Origin: Candidatus Cryptobacteroides sp.
GTDB lineage: Bacteria > Bacteroidota > Bacteroidia > Bacteroidales > UBA932
Direction of reading: 5' to 3'
Assembly: GCA_045539015.1 (NCBI GenBank)
Contig: JAZQEN010000014.1
Span: 10,039-74,038 of the forward strand
DNA length: 64,000 bases
Both the position numbers and the translations under genes were made by a program. Numbering within the stretch: the first letter of the stretch is position 1; the number at the start of each line of letters is the position of its first letter. This document shows positions 53,933 through 64,000 of this stretch, in pieces. A model generated the notes under the pieces. It did not search any database. It worked only from the letters and a program-made list of their open reading frames with translations, and was not told the origin of the DNA.

Positions 53933-54967
53933 TTAGTCTACATATACGATCCATCCGAAAGGATCCTCGATCTCTCCCTTCTGGAGTCCTGTGATGAAGT
54001 TGTAGAGCTTGAGTGACTTAGGACCGCATTTGCCGTCACCGTAAGTGTATACTGTCTCCTCGTCAGACTCGAGGAATGGCTTGTCAACCAGCTTGTGGAC
54101 AGGTGTGATCACAACTGCAGTTCCGCACTCTCCGACCTCTTCGAATGTGCTGAGCTCTTCAACCGGAACCTCCCTTCTTTCTACCTCCATACCGAGGTGA
54201 GCCGCAACTACCTCGAGCGATTTGTTGGTAATTGATGGAAGAATGGATTCTGATTTAGGAGTGATGTACTTGTTGCCCTTGATTGCAAAGAAGTTGGATG
54301 AGTTGAACTCGTCGATCTTTGTCTTGGTTGCCGGGTCAAGGTAGAGTACTGCCTTGTAACCCTGCTCGTGAGCTATATTCAGCGAGCGGAGTGAACATGC
54401 ATAGTTTCCGCCTACCTTATATGAACCGGATCCGTTAGGGGCAGCTCTGTCGTAATTGCGTGCGACAACAACGTCTACAGCATCAAGCGCGCCACCTACG
54501 TATGCTCCTACCGGCGAGCAGAGGATCATGAATGTACTTTCCTTTGAAGACTGTACTCCGAGCTGAGGGTTTGATCCGATGAGGGTAGGACGAAGGTAAA
54601 GCGAAGCACCTGTCGCCTCATAAGGAGGAAGATATTCGATGTTCTCCTTTACGCAGCGTTTGCACATGTCGATGAACATCTCAACCGATGGTGCCTCGAT
54701 GCCGAGATATTCAGCAGATCTGCGAAGACGAAGCGCATTTTCCTCTGGTCTGAAGAGACGTACGCTGCCATCCTTGGCTCTGAAAGCCTTGAGGCCCTCG
54801 AAGCATTCGATAGCATAGTGAAGGGCACCGGCGTAAGCGCTCAGGTGCAGATAATCGTCTGTGCAGCTCTCCACAGGAGTCCATGCGCCATCCTTGAATG
54901 TGGTCTTCAGGATGGTGTTTGTCTTGGTGTAGGAGAATGTAAGTTTGCTCCAATCAATATTAGCCAT
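53933..54967 (-). CDS. ilvE: Branched-chain amino acid aminotransferase
   Basis: LHYAIECFEGLKA, LYLRP, KVGGNY, ILPSIT and CGTAVVITP. Confidence 0.94.
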   Translation of the reverse strand: MANIDWSKLTFSYTKTNTILKTTFKDGAWTPVESCTDDYLHLSAYAGALHYAIECFEGLKAFRAKDGSVRLFRPEENALRLRRSAEYLGIEAPSVEMFIDMCKRCVKENIEYLPPYEATGASLYLRPTLIGSNPQLGVQSSKESTFMILCSPVGAYVGGALDAVDVVVARNYDRAAPNGSGSYKVGGNYACSLRSLNIAHEQGYKAVLYLDPATKTKIDEFNSSNFFAIKGNKYITPKSESILPSITNKSLEVVAAHLGMEVERREVPVEELSTFEEVGECGTAVVITPVHKLVDKPFLESDEETVYTYGDGKCGPKSLKLYNFITGLQKGEIEDPFGWIVYVD

Positions 54968-54973
54968 AGTGTA

Positions 54974-56230
54974 TCAGATTAGTATTTCAAAAAGCTTGTT
55001 GTTTTCATTGATGTACTCGTAGTCGGCTCCGTGCTCGTCAAGCCTCTTGATGAGGGCTTCAAAGTCCTCCTTTGCAGCAAGTTCGATACCGATAAGTGCC
55101 GGTCCGAAATTCTTGTTCGTCTTCTTGATGTACTGGATGTATACCAGGTCATCTGTCGGACCGATCACATCGTGGATGAATGAGAGTATCTCTCCTGACT
55201 TCTGAGGGAAGTTCACTATGAAATAGTGCTTCAGGCCTTCATAGAGCAGTGATTTCTCGCGGATCTCCTCCATTCGGGTTATGTCGTTGTTGCTGCCGCT
55301 GACTATGCAGGCCACGTTCTTGCCACGTATCTTGTCAGCATAGAAACGGAGTGCTGCAGATGCCAGCGCTCCAGCCGGCTCGACAACGATCGCGCTCTTG
55401 TTGTACATCTGGATGATGGTGGTGCAGACTGCTCCCTCAGGAACCACCACGATATCATCGAGGACCTGCTTGCAGACATCGTAAGTCATTGCTCCGGCTT
55501 TCTTTACAGCTGCTCCGTCTACAAATTTGTCGATGTGCTCGAGTTCTACAAGTTCTCCGGCCTCAATGGCAGCCTTCATACAAGGTGCTCCGCCCGGCTC
55601 GACTCCGATTATCTTGGTTTCCGGTGACATCTGCTTGATGTATGCGCCAAGACCGGATGCCAGTCCTCCTCCTCCGATAGGAACAAAGATATAGTCAAGC
55701 TTGACAGGGGTCTGTGATAATATTTCCTTACCTATTGTTCCCTGACCCTCCATTACCTTCGGGTCATCGAAAGGCGGAATGAATGTCTTTGCGTTCTCCT
55801 TTGCATATGTGATTGCTGCTGCATTGGCAGCATCAAATGTATCTCCGGTAAGTACGATTTCTATGTACTCCTTTCCGAACATCCTTACCTGTTCGATCTT
55901 CTGCTTCGGAGTAGTTGTCGGCATGAAGATGGCTCCCATGATCTGGAGCTTGTTGCATGAGAATGCCACTCCTTGGGCGTGATTGCCGGCACTTGCGCAG
56001 ACTATGCCGTTCTTGAGGTTTTCCGGTGCAATGGATCTGATCTTGTTGTATGCTCCTCTGATCTTGTATGATCTCACCATCTGGAGATCTTCCCGCTTGA
56101 GGAATACATTTGCCTGATAGGTATCTGAAAGATTGTCGTTTTTCTTGAACGGAGTCGGCTCGAGGATTTCCTCAAGTACCTTGGAAGCCTTGTCAATGGC
56201 CTCAATCTCAGGAAAGTACTTTGTTTCCAT
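54974..56230 (-). CDS. ilvA: Threonine ammonia-lyase (biosynthetic, short regulatory domain)
   Basis: KREDLQMVRSYKIRGA, SAGNHAQG, PIGGGGL and SGSNND; minus-strand promoter TAATTTTG at 56267-56274. Confidence 0.93.
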   Translation of the reverse strand: METKYFPEIEAIDKASKVLEEILEPTPFKKNDNLSDTYQANVFLKREDLQMVRSYKIRGAYNKIRSIAPENLKNGIVCASAGNHAQGVAFSCNKLQIMGAIFMPTTTPKQKIEQVRMFGKEYIEIVLTGDTFDAANAAAITYAKENAKTFIPPFDDPKVMEGQGTIGKEILSQTPVKLDYIFVPIGGGGLASGLGAYIKQMSPETKIIGVEPGGAPCMKAAIEAGELVELEHIDKFVDGAAVKKAGAMTYDVCKQVLDDIVVVPEGAVCTTIIQMYNKSAIVVEPAGALASAALRFYADKIRGKNVACIVSGSNNDITRMEEIREKSLLYEGLKHYFIVNFPQKSGEILSFIHDVIGPTDDLVYIQYIKKTNKNFGPALIGIELAAKEDFEALIKRLDEHGADYEYINENNKLFEILI

Positions 56231-56319
56231 TGCTTATCAATTAGAATCCTATATAGATTACAGTGTCAAAATTATAATTTTTAATGCGCATTTCCTAATA
56301 AATTTTGCGAAAACACGCC

Positions 56320-56979
56320 TCAATTCATTATGATCAGTGCAAGCGATCTGTGACTGAATTCCAGTCTTACCGTGTCTTCGCTTGCTTTGTTTAATGTGGC
56401 CTTCCACCAGTTGTCGAATACGACATCGTCCGTGCGGTATTCCAGACCTTCTGATCTGATCTGCAATGTGTTGTCCGGAGAAAATATCGAGATCTCGCGG
56501 CCTTGTCCGCATTCGAATTCGATGGAGTCGGTTATAGGGAATATAGTCCCCTCGTCAGTCACCATCTCCAGGACGATCTCTCCGAGGTCGAACATCCTGG
56601 TATATTCCATCAGCAGCGATACGTTTCCTATCGTATGGTCGGTTCTGCCGCCTGTCGCGCCCAGGATATGGATGGAATCGATGTCGTGAAGATTGTGCAG
56701 AGCCCATCTCACGGCCTTGGTCTGGTCGTTGTGCTCCTGCTCGGTTTCCTTGATTATTATGTCGGAATAGCGTTTCTGCATGGCCGCAGGCAACGTATCC
56801 ATGTCGCCGATGACCAGGTCGGGAAGCCTCTCTTCGCCAAATATGGCAGGAGAAGCCTTGATGAATTTCCGCAAAGCGCCGTCACAGCAGATAACGAAGT
56901 CCGCCATACTGATAAGGTATCTCGGATACTCAGTCTTAGGGAAACTTCCGTCGCCGATGATGACAATGCTCTTACCCAT
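56320..56979 (-). CDS. thiN: Thiamine pyrophosphokinase
   Basis: CCDGA, IGDMDT, EQEHNDQTKA and GATGGRTDH. Confidence 0.88.
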   Translation of the reverse strand: MGKSIVIIGDGSFPKTEYPRYLISMADFVICCDGALRKFIKASPAIFGEERLPDLVIGDMDTLPAAMQKRYSDIIIKETEQEHNDQTKAVRWALHNLHDIDSIHILGATGGRTDHTIGNVSLLMEYTRMFDLGEIVLEMVTDEGTIFPITDSIEFECGQGREISIFSPDNTLQIRSEGLEYRTDDVVFDNWWKATLNKASEDTVRLEFSHRSLALIIMN

Positions 56980-56980
56980 T

Positions 56981-59437
56981 TTATCTTCCTGTTATAGATG
57001 ATGATGTGCCTATTGATGTGCCGTAGGTCTGCGGGTCTCTGAAGCCGATAAGGAAATCCTTTACCTGCATCCTCTTCTTGCCGGCAATCTGGAGCTCTGT
57101 CACAGAGATGGCTCCGTCGTCTGTTGCTATCGCCAGATAAGTCTTTCCGTCTGAAAGTACAGTTCCCGGTACTGCCGACTGAAGTCCGTTTTCAGCGAGC
57201 ATGGCCTCGAATGCCTCTCCTTCAACCTTGATAGACTTGAAAATCTTCATCTGGATGGCTTTGTCTCCCTTTGTCAGCTCAGTAAAGGCGGCAGGGTATG
57301 GGCTGAGACCGCGGATCAGGTTGTATATGTATCTGGTCTTGCTTCTCCAGTCTATGTGGCAGAGTTCCCTTGTGAGCTTCGGTGCCGGTTTCAGAATTTC
57401 CGATCCCTGGATGAAGCTCTTCTGGACTCTGAACTCGACATTGTTTTCCACCAGTGCCTCGACTGTATTTACGACCAGCATTGAGCCAAGCTCCATAAGC
57501 TTGTCGTGGACTTCGCCTACGGTCTCGTCCGGTTCAATCCTGCAGTCATAACGGAACATGATGTTTCCGGTATCCATGCCGCTGTCGATCATGAATGTGG
57601 TTACTCCCGTGGTCTTCTCTCCATTGATGACCGCCCAGTTGATAGGCGCCGCTCCTCTATACTGAGGCAGAAGGGCTGCATGGAGGTTGAATGTACCAAG
57701 CTTAGGTATCTGCCAGACCTCCTTAGGCAGCATGCGGAATGCTACCACTACAAACAGGTCGGCTTTCAGGTCTCTCAGCTGCTTCAGGAATTCCGGATCT
57801 TTAAGCGATACCGGCTGCAGTACCGGCAGCTTGTGCTCTACGGCATATTTCTTTACTGCGCTTTCGTTGACCTTGAGACCGCGTCCGCTTGCCTTGTCAG
57901 GTACGGTTACGACCCCTACAATCTTATATTTGTTCTTGATGAGTTCCTCCAGGGGCGCTACTGCAAACTCCGGAGTACCCATGTAGACGATACGTGTCTT
58001 CTTGAATGTGTCCATTATCTTGGCTTTGATTTTCTTGTATGCGTTCTTTATGTGTGAAATACGAAGGAAAGGCGAATCATGGATTGCCTGCCATGTGAGG
58101 TATACTCCAATCGGGAACAGGATGTAGGTTGATATGAATACTCCGCTGAACGGATCCAAGGCAGCATCCTTTGCCAGTTTCGTACCGGTGATGTCGATTA
58201 CCCAGTAGGCAACGAAGAACAGTACAGATATGATAGCAGGCGTACCCAGCCCTCCTTTTCTGATGAGTGCTCCGATAGGTGCTCCGATAAGGAAGAAGAT
58301 GAAACATGCAATCGAAAGGGCGAACTTCTTGAATACCTCGATGTCGATCAGACGCAGGATCAAGGTCTCATAGTGCCTTTCTCTCTGGAAATTGCTGACT
58401 GTCGTATACAGCTCCTGAGCATTGCTCCTGGCCCTTTCTACGGCTTTTATCTCAGCATCGATATCCTTCCATCTGTTGTAGTCTTCTCTTACAAACGGAG
58501 TAGTGATGCCTTTGTTGCCGGCTGTGTCCAGCTGGGAATTATATCGCAGTGTCCTTGATCTCTGAAGTGTCTCGATATTGGCCTTCTTCCCCTCCCGGTT
58601 GATGTGACCCAGAGAGTCTTTTGTGGAGTGGAGCTGGTCGAGGTTCATCGACTTGACCTGGTCGTCAAATCTGCTTGAGTCGGATTTCTGGAAAGAGTAG
58701 TTCTCAACAGGGATGATCAGCTCCTGATTCATGAAGTCGATCTTCTGGAGAGTCAGGGTCGTATCCCTGTACTTCTTCGTATTCGTCTCTTCGTAGTTCG
58801 TACCGCTGTACAGATAGAAGGACAGGTATGTCTTGTCCTTTGACATCTTCAGAAGAGCGGAGTCGGCGATGGTAAGGCTTACGTTTCCTTTGTTCTTGGT
58901 GTGGTTGTATACCATCACGTCATACATCATTCCGCTTTCCTTGTCTCTGTCTTCTATTCGGAGTATGTATCCGTCTATGCCGTCATAGAATGTTCCGGTC
59001 GGTATCCTGATCTCTTCCTTGGTCTTGCTGATATCGTCTCTGAGAGTATATATCTTGTTGTAAGCCAATGGGATGAGGTCATTGGAGATGAAAAAGGCTC
59101 CTACGCTCACCCCGAGGCATATGACTCCGATAGGTACCAGGATTCTCTGCAGTGAGATTCCGGCAGCCTTGATGGCCAGCAGCTCGTTATTCTCTCCCAA
59201 CGTTCCAAGCACCATCATTGACGACAGGAGGGTCGCCAAAGGAAGTGCCAGCGGGAGCAGCGTGGCGCTACCCCAGAGGAGGAATTCGAGGATGACCTTG
59301 ATGCTCAGTCCCTTACCGACCAGTTCGTCGATATACAGCCAGAGGAACTGCATCATCAGGATGAAAATGACGACGAGCAGGATCGCTAGGAACGGTCCTA
59401 CAAAGCTCTTCAATATGAATCTGTCGATCCTTTTCAT
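56981..59437 (-). CDS. Fusion: LptF/LptG permease (aa 1-~460) + methionyl-tRNA formyltransferase (aa ~475-818)
   Basis: N-terminal IDRFILKSF, LGENNELLAIKAAGIS and GAPIGALIRKGG; C-terminal RIVYMGTPEFA, NLHAALLPQYRGAAPINWA, DTG, IRGLSPYP and LQIAGKKRM; one uninterrupted frame. Confidence 0.9.
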   Translation of the reverse strand: MKRIDRFILKSFVGPFLAILLVVIFILMMQFLWLYIDELVGKGLSIKVILEFLLWGSATLLPLALPLATLLSSMMVLGTLGENNELLAIKAAGISLQRILVPIGVICLGVSVGAFFISNDLIPLAYNKIYTLRDDISKTKEEIRIPTGTFYDGIDGYILRIEDRDKESGMMYDVMVYNHTKNKGNVSLTIADSALLKMSKDKTYLSFYLYSGTNYEETNTKKYRDTTLTLQKIDFMNQELIIPVENYSFQKSDSSRFDDQVKSMNLDQLHSTKDSLGHINREGKKANIETLQRSRTLRYNSQLDTAGNKGITTPFVREDYNRWKDIDAEIKAVERARSNAQELYTTVSNFQRERHYETLILRLIDIEVFKKFALSIACFIFFLIGAPIGALIRKGGLGTPAIISVLFFVAYWVIDITGTKLAKDAALDPFSGVFISTYILFPIGVYLTWQAIHDSPFLRISHIKNAYKKIKAKIMDTFKKTRIVYMGTPEFAVAPLEELIKNKYKIVGVVTVPDKASGRGLKVNESAVKKYAVEHKLPVLQPVSLKDPEFLKQLRDLKADLFVVVAFRMLPKEVWQIPKLGTFNLHAALLPQYRGAAPINWAVINGEKTTGVTTFMIDSGMDTGNIMFRYDCRIEPDETVGEVHDKLMELGSMLVVNTVEALVENNVEFRVQKSFIQGSEILKPAPKLTRELCHIDWRSKTRYIYNLIRGLSPYPAAFTELTKGDKAIQMKIFKSIKVEGEAFEAMLAENGLQSAVPGTVLSDGKTYLAIATDDGAISVTELQIAGKKRMQVKDFLIGFRDPQTYGTSIGTSSSITGR

Positions 59438-59457
59438 CCCGATTGTTCCGGATACTG

Positions 59458-62073
59458 TTATCTGGTAGCTGCTTCAATCATTTTTGCCAACGCGCTCTCC
59501 AGTCCCTCAGGAGACTTTCCGCCTGCGGTAGCAAGGCCCGGCTGTCCGCCGCCGCCACCCATGATGAGCTTTGCTGCTTCGCGGACGTCAGCGCCGGCGT
59601 TGTGTCCTGCCTTCACGAGGTCATCCGAGTACATGAGAAGAAGCTGTGGCTTGCCTGCTGCCTCGAATGCAGCGGCAATCACGAAATTCTGCGCCTCCTT
59701 CTGGAGCATGAATGCCGCATTCTTGAGCATTACCGGATCCATAGGTGTGTCGATCTTGACAACATTGATTCCGTTCGTCTCCGCAGCCATTTCCTTGAGA
59801 CTGTTCTTGAGCGCAAGGGTCTTCTCCTTTGCAATCTCCTCCATCTGCTTTTTGTATGCCTCGTTCTCCTCGACCATCTTCCTGATGGCTCCGGCCAGGT
59901 CAGGGACATTGTTGAAGAATGCCTTTGCTGTGCGGATGGTCTCGGCCATCTCGTCTACCAGAGCTTCTGCATATGTGCTTGTAGTAGCCTCGATACGGCG
60001 TACTCCGGCAGCGATGGCTGACTCGGATACGAGTCTGAAATAGCCGATGCGGCCTGTAGCTGCAGCATGTGTACCACCGCAAAGCTCGCATGAGTTTCCG
60101 AATCCCACCACTCGTACCTTGTCGCCGTACTTCTCGCCGAAAAGTGCCATTGCACCCATTTCCTGGGCCTCTTCCATAGTGGCGTTGCGGTTCCCGACAA
60201 GAGGGTAGTTGCTTCTGATGAGCTCGTTTACCCTTCTCTCCACAAGCCTGCTCTGCTCGTCGCTGAGCTTCTCGAAATGAGAGAAGTCGAAACGGAAGTA
60301 TTTGTCGCATACATATGAACCCTTCTGCTCGACATGAGTTCCGAGGATCTCGCGGAGAGCCTGGTGGAGGAGGTGGGTCGCTGTATGGTTGTTTTCGATC
60401 TGGATTCTGCGCTCTGCATCCACATGGAGGCTGAAGCTTTCCGTGCAGTCTGCCGGAATGCGCTCCGCAACATGGATGGTGAGGTTGTTTTCCTTGATTG
60501 TGTTTACGATGTTGATCTTCTCACCGCTTTCAGACAGGATGTATCCGGTATCTCCTACCTGACCTCCCATCTCAGCGTAGAACGGAGTGCGCTCGAATAC
60601 GAGTTGATACATTGTCTTGTTCTTTGCCTTCACTGTGCGGTGACGTGTGAGCTGTACGCCTTCAAGCTCAGTGGCGTCGTATCCGAGGAACTCGATGTTG
60701 TCGCAGTGTGCGAACTCGACCCAGTCGCCTGACTCGATTGCAGTAGCGTTGCGTGCTCTGTCCTTCTGCTTCTGAAGCTCCACCTGGAAGCCTTCGAGGT
60801 CGATCTTATAGCCTTTTTCTGAAGCGATGAGCTCCGAAAGGTCGATAGGGAAGCCGAATGTGTCGTAAAGCACGAAAGCATCCTCGCCGCTGATCACCTT
60901 TGTCTCGGCTGATTTGGCCATGATGTTGTCCATCAGGCGGATACCTCTGTCAAGAGTGCGGAGGAAAGCCATCTCCTCTTCCTTGATGACACGCTCGATG
61001 AGGGTCTGCTGCTTCACGATTTCAGGATAGAATTCGCCCATGTCATCGACGAGCTGCTGAACGAGACGGCAGATGAAAGGCTCGTTGAATCCGAGGAATG
61101 TATATCCGTAACGTACGGCACGGCGGAGGATTCGGCGGATCACATAGCCGGCCTTCACGTTTGAAGGGAGCTGGCCGTCAGCTATGGAGAAGCTGATTGC
61201 ACGGATGTGGTCAGCGATAACTCGCATTGCTACATCCTCTTCTGTGGTGTTTCCGTATTTGTGTCCGGAAAGTTCCTCGATCTTTGCGATCATTCCGGTG
61301 AATACGTCTGTGTCGTAGTTTGACTTCTTGCCCTGGAGTGCCATGCAGAGACGCTCAAAGCCCATTCCGGTGTCCACGTTCTTGTTCGGAAGAAGCTCAA
61401 GCTCTCCGCTTGCCTTGCGGTTGTACTGCATGAACACGTTGTTCCATATCTCGATCACGAGCGGATGGTCCTTGTTTACGAGTGATGCGCCCGGAACGGC
61501 TGCCCTCTCATCGTCGTCGCGAAGGTCGATGTGGATCTCCGAGCATGGTCCGCATGGGCCAGTGTCGCCCATTTCCCAGAAGTTGTCCTTCTTGTTGCCA
61601 AGCAGGATCCTGTCCTCAGGAAGATGTCTCTTCCACGCTTCCATGGCCTCGGTGTCGAGCTGTGTGCCGTCTGCTTCCGATCCCTCGAATACTGTCGCAT
61701 AGAGCCTGTCCTTGTCGAGCTTGTACACTTCGGTGAGAAGCTCCCATGCCCAGTCGATGGCCTCGTTCTTGAAATAGTCTCCGAAACTCCAGTTTCCGAG
61801 CATCTCGAACATGGTGTGGTGATATGTGTCGCGGCCTACTTCCTCAAGGTCGTTGTGCTTTCCGCTCACGCGGAGACATTTCTGGCTGTCTGCAACCCTC
61901 TTCCATTTTGCAGGGCTGTTGCCAAGGAACCAGTCCTTGAACTGGTTCATACCTGCATTCGTAAACATGAGGGTAGGGTCATTCTTTACGACCATCGGTG
62001 CTGAAGGGACGATCTGATGGCCCTTCGATGCGAAGAAGTCCAAAAAGGCTTTTCTGATTTCTTTTGAAGTCAT
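59458..62073 (-). CDS. alaS: Alanine--tRNA ligase
   Basis: [43 protein letters not shown] and GGGGG; minus-strand promoter TAATTTTG at 62133-62140. Confidence 0.97.
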   Translation of the reverse strand: MTSKEIRKAFLDFFASKGHQIVPSAPMVVKNDPTLMFTNAGMNQFKDWFLGNSPAKWKRVADSQKCLRVSGKHNDLEEVGRDTYHHTMFEMLGNWSFGDYFKNEAIDWAWELLTEVYKLDKDRLYATVFEGSEADGTQLDTEAMEAWKRHLPEDRILLGNKKDNFWEMGDTGPCGPCSEIHIDLRDDDERAAVPGASLVNKDHPLVIEIWNNVFMQYNRKASGELELLPNKNVDTGMGFERLCMALQGKKSNYDTDVFTGMIAKIEELSGHKYGNTTEEDVAMRVIADHIRAISFSIADGQLPSNVKAGYVIRRILRRAVRYGYTFLGFNEPFICRLVQQLVDDMGEFYPEIVKQQTLIERVIKEEEMAFLRTLDRGIRLMDNIMAKSAETKVISGEDAFVLYDTFGFPIDLSELIASEKGYKIDLEGFQVELQKQKDRARNATAIESGDWVEFAHCDNIEFLGYDATELEGVQLTRHRTVKAKNKTMYQLVFERTPFYAEMGGQVGDTGYILSESGEKINIVNTIKENNLTIHVAERIPADCTESFSLHVDAERRIQIENNHTATHLLHQALREILGTHVEQKGSYVCDKYFRFDFSHFEKLSDEQSRLVERRVNELIRSNYPLVGNRNATMEEAQEMGAMALFGEKYGDKVRVVGFGNSCELCGGTHAAATGRIGYFRLVSESAIAAGVRRIEATTSTYAEALVDEMAETIRTAKAFFNNVPDLAGAIRKMVEENEAYKKQMEEIAKEKTLALKNSLKEMAAETNGINVVKIDTPMDPVMLKNAAFMLQKEAQNFVIAAAFEAAGKPQLLLMYSDDLVKAGHNAGADVREAAKLIMGGGGGQPGLATAGGKSPEGLESALAKMIEAATR

Positions 62074-62249
62074 ATGCTGTAATTTTTATTTCCAAATCAT
62101 GGGCTGGGTATGCGCAGCCGCAAAATAACTTGCAAAATTACAATAAAAATCCATAAAAACCCATATCTGCGGGCTAAACTGAGGGGCTAAATCTCAATTT
62201 TTATATTTTTTATAGAAGTATGCCGGTTTTTGTGTATCTTTGCCCCGAT

Positions 62250-63260
62250 ATGGCAAAAAGTAAACAGTATATATTCAACAAAGAGACTTTGTCTTATGAG
62301 GTCAGGAAGCGTTCGAAATGGTCCCGGATGCTTCGTGCAATGGCTCTCGTAGGCTCCAGCATGGCCTTGGCGGTGTTCTATATGTGGCTTTATACTTCGG
62401 TTTTCGGAGCGGAGCTGCCTAAGACCGCCATCCTGAAGAGGGAGAATGCAGAGTGGAGATCGAAGGTTGAGGTGATGAATGTGAGATTGGAGGAATATGA
62501 CAAGGCGTTGACTACTCTTCAGCTCAGAGATGATGACATATATCGCTCGATATTCGGAATGAATGAGATACCTGCTGCCGTCAGGAATGCAGGTTACGGA
62601 GGAGTGAACAGATATTCCCATTATGATGAGGTCGATCCGGACGGATTGCTCAAGCGTACGGCAGTGCGTCTTGATGTGCTCTCGAAGAAAAGTTGTGTCC
62701 AGAGCAAATCCTTCGACGAACTGGCACAGCTGTCTAAAAGAGCCGGTGAGATGGCTTCGTGTATTCCAGCCATTCCGCCGATGAATCCGGACAAGAGCAA
62801 ATACAGGCTTTCAAGTTCGTTCGGATACAGGTCAGACCCTTTCACCGGACGCTCCAAGAGACATACGGGAGTCGACTTCGCGATGAAGCCCGGAAACAGA
62901 CTCTATGCGACAGGTGACGGCGTGATCGAGTCCGTCAAGTTCGAACTTTTCGGATATGGAAACCAGGTGGTGATCGATCATGGATTCGGATATAAGACCA
63001 GGTATGCCCACATGAGCACGATCAGCGTCGTTGAGGGAATGAAGGTAAAACGCGGTGAATGCATAGGTCTGAGCGGAAATTCCGGAAGATCATCAGGCCC
63101 TCATCTCCATTATGAGGTTCTATACAAGGACAATCATGTCAACCCTGCAAATTACTTCGATCTTTCCATCACTACGGAAGAATATGCTACCATGGTACAG
63201 GATATTGCAGACGCATCCGAAAGGATAACACTGCATCCGTCTCATCAGAGAAGACGATGA
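62250..63260 (+). CDS. M23 peptidoglycan endopeptidase (MepM-like)
   Basis: N-terminal TM, coiled coil, HTGVD, YAHM and GPHLHYEV; promoter TATCTTTG at 62235-62242. Confidence 0.9.
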   Translation: MAKSKQYIFNKETLSYEVRKRSKWSRMLRAMALVGSSMALAVFYMWLYTSVFGAELPKTAILKRENAEWRSKVEVMNVRLEEYDKALTTLQLRDDDIYRSIFGMNEIPAAVRNAGYGGVNRYSHYDEVDPDGLLKRTAVRLDVLSKKSCVQSKSFDELAQLSKRAGEMASCIPAIPPMNPDKSKYRLSSSFGYRSDPFTGRSKRHTGVDFAMKPGNRLYATGDGVIESVKFELFGYGNQVVIDHGFGYKTRYAHMSTISVVEGMKVKRGECIGLSGNSGRSSGPHLHYEVLYKDNHVNPANYFDLSITTEEYATMVQDIADASERITLHPSHQRRR

Positions 63261-64000
63261 AAGAAAAGGGCTACATATTCGACGAGAACAACGTCCGTTT
63301 CCGTAAGGTCAAGACTCCGGTAAAGAAGAAGCTTATCAGGGTTCTGCTTTTTTTTGTTGCCAGTATCTCCCTGACTGTGGTGTATTATGCCGTATTTGCC
63401 CTGTTCTTCAGTACTGAAACCGAACGTGCCCTGGAGCGTGAGAATGAGATGTATGAGCGCGAGCTTCCGCAGCTTCAGCAGAAGGAAGAGCTGCTTGGCG
63501 ATGTGCTTGAGGGGCTTCAAGGCAGAGATGACAGGATATATGAGGAGATATTCCATGCTTCCGCGCCGTCGCTGAATCCGATGACTACCGTGGGTGACTT
63601 TTCACAGCTTGATTCCATTCCGGATGATGATCTGGTAAGATATGCGGAGGAAAAGCTGGTCAAGGTGGTCAGGAGTGCGGATGCCGTAGAGGCCAATTTC
63701 ATGAAGATAGCCGAATTGCTGAAGGATTCTTCATGTGTGATGCCTCCGATGTCCATTCCGTTGGAGGATTTTACATTTGCTCAGACAGGAGCATCTGTCG
63801 GCGACAAGATAAACCCGTTCTACAAGGTGAGCGTAAGGCATGACGGACTGGATCTTCTTGCGCATTCGGGAGAGCCTGTATACGCTGTGGCGGATGGCGT
63901 GGTTGCAGATGTAGTGAAGTCCAGGAAGGGACTTGGAAATGTGGTGACGATAGAGCATGAGGGAGGGTATGTGACCAGGTATGCTCATATGGCGGATATG
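63257..64000 (+). CDS. Second M23-family paralog, runs off the window end
   Basis: ATGA overlap with the previous gene; my translation reads MKEKGYIFDENNVRF...RDDRIYEEIF...HDGLDL...VYAVADG...TRYAHM. Absent from the ORF track because no stop codon falls in the window. Confidence 0.85.
   Translation, partial: MKEKGYIFDENNVRFRKVKTPVKKKLIRVLLFFVASISLTVVYYAVFALFFSTETERALERENEMYERELPQLQQKEELLGDVLEGLQGRDDRIYEEIFHASAPSLNPMTTVGDFSQLDSIPDDDLVRYAEEKLVKVVRSADAVEANFMKIAELLKDSSCVMPPMSIPLEDFTFAQTGASVGDKINPFYKVSVRHDGLDLLAHSGEPVYAVADGVVADVVKSRKGLGNVVTIEHEGGYVTRYAHMADM

Noticed and set aside
62102-62119. Small hairpin GGCTG / CAGCC in the alaS leader as a T-box or attenuator
   Set aside because: The leader is only about 55 nt, with no T-box consensus and no terminator.
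1-64000. CRISPR arrays, tRNA/rRNA genes, prophage, IS elements, integrases and defence systems
   Set aside because: No spaced direct repeats, RNA-gene signatures or matching protein motifs were seen, and the intergenic gaps are short and mostly explained.

Overview
64 kb of a Bacteroidales chromosome. The assignment rests on TAnnTTTG/TTTG promoters, SusC/SusD pairs, a type V pilus operon and a T9SS-type CTD; a gut or rumen lineage such as UBA932/RC9 is a guess. From left to right: MBL hydrolase, deoxynucleoside kinase and acyl-CoA ligase; a complete type V (Mfa/Fim) pilus operon whose promoter spacer holds a G9 tract, followed by an AraC gene; a candidate sRNA, a FucP-like MFS transporter with a long acidic loop insertion, a ROK kinase and a YhhN protein; a ~23.6 kb locus with no recognisable CAZyme, made of three SusC/SusD pairs, accessory lipoproteins, two S8 subtilases and a PorV-like barrel; a Tat aldo/keto reductase with a polyferredoxin; pflA/pflB, a short ssb, dcp, nupG, tgt-lptG, ilvE, ilvA, thiN, an in-frame LptF-Fmt fusion, alaS and two tandem M23 peptidases. 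The best candidates for novel biology are (1) a subtilase carrying both a lipoprotein signal and a T9SS-type CTD, encoded next to its own PorV-like barrel inside a putative peptide-utilisation locus, (2) the LptF::Fmt fusion, and (3) slipped-strand phase variation of the pilus promoter. No rRNA, tRNA, CRISPR array, integrase or transposase was seen. All family calls come from motif recognition by eye; no database searches were run.
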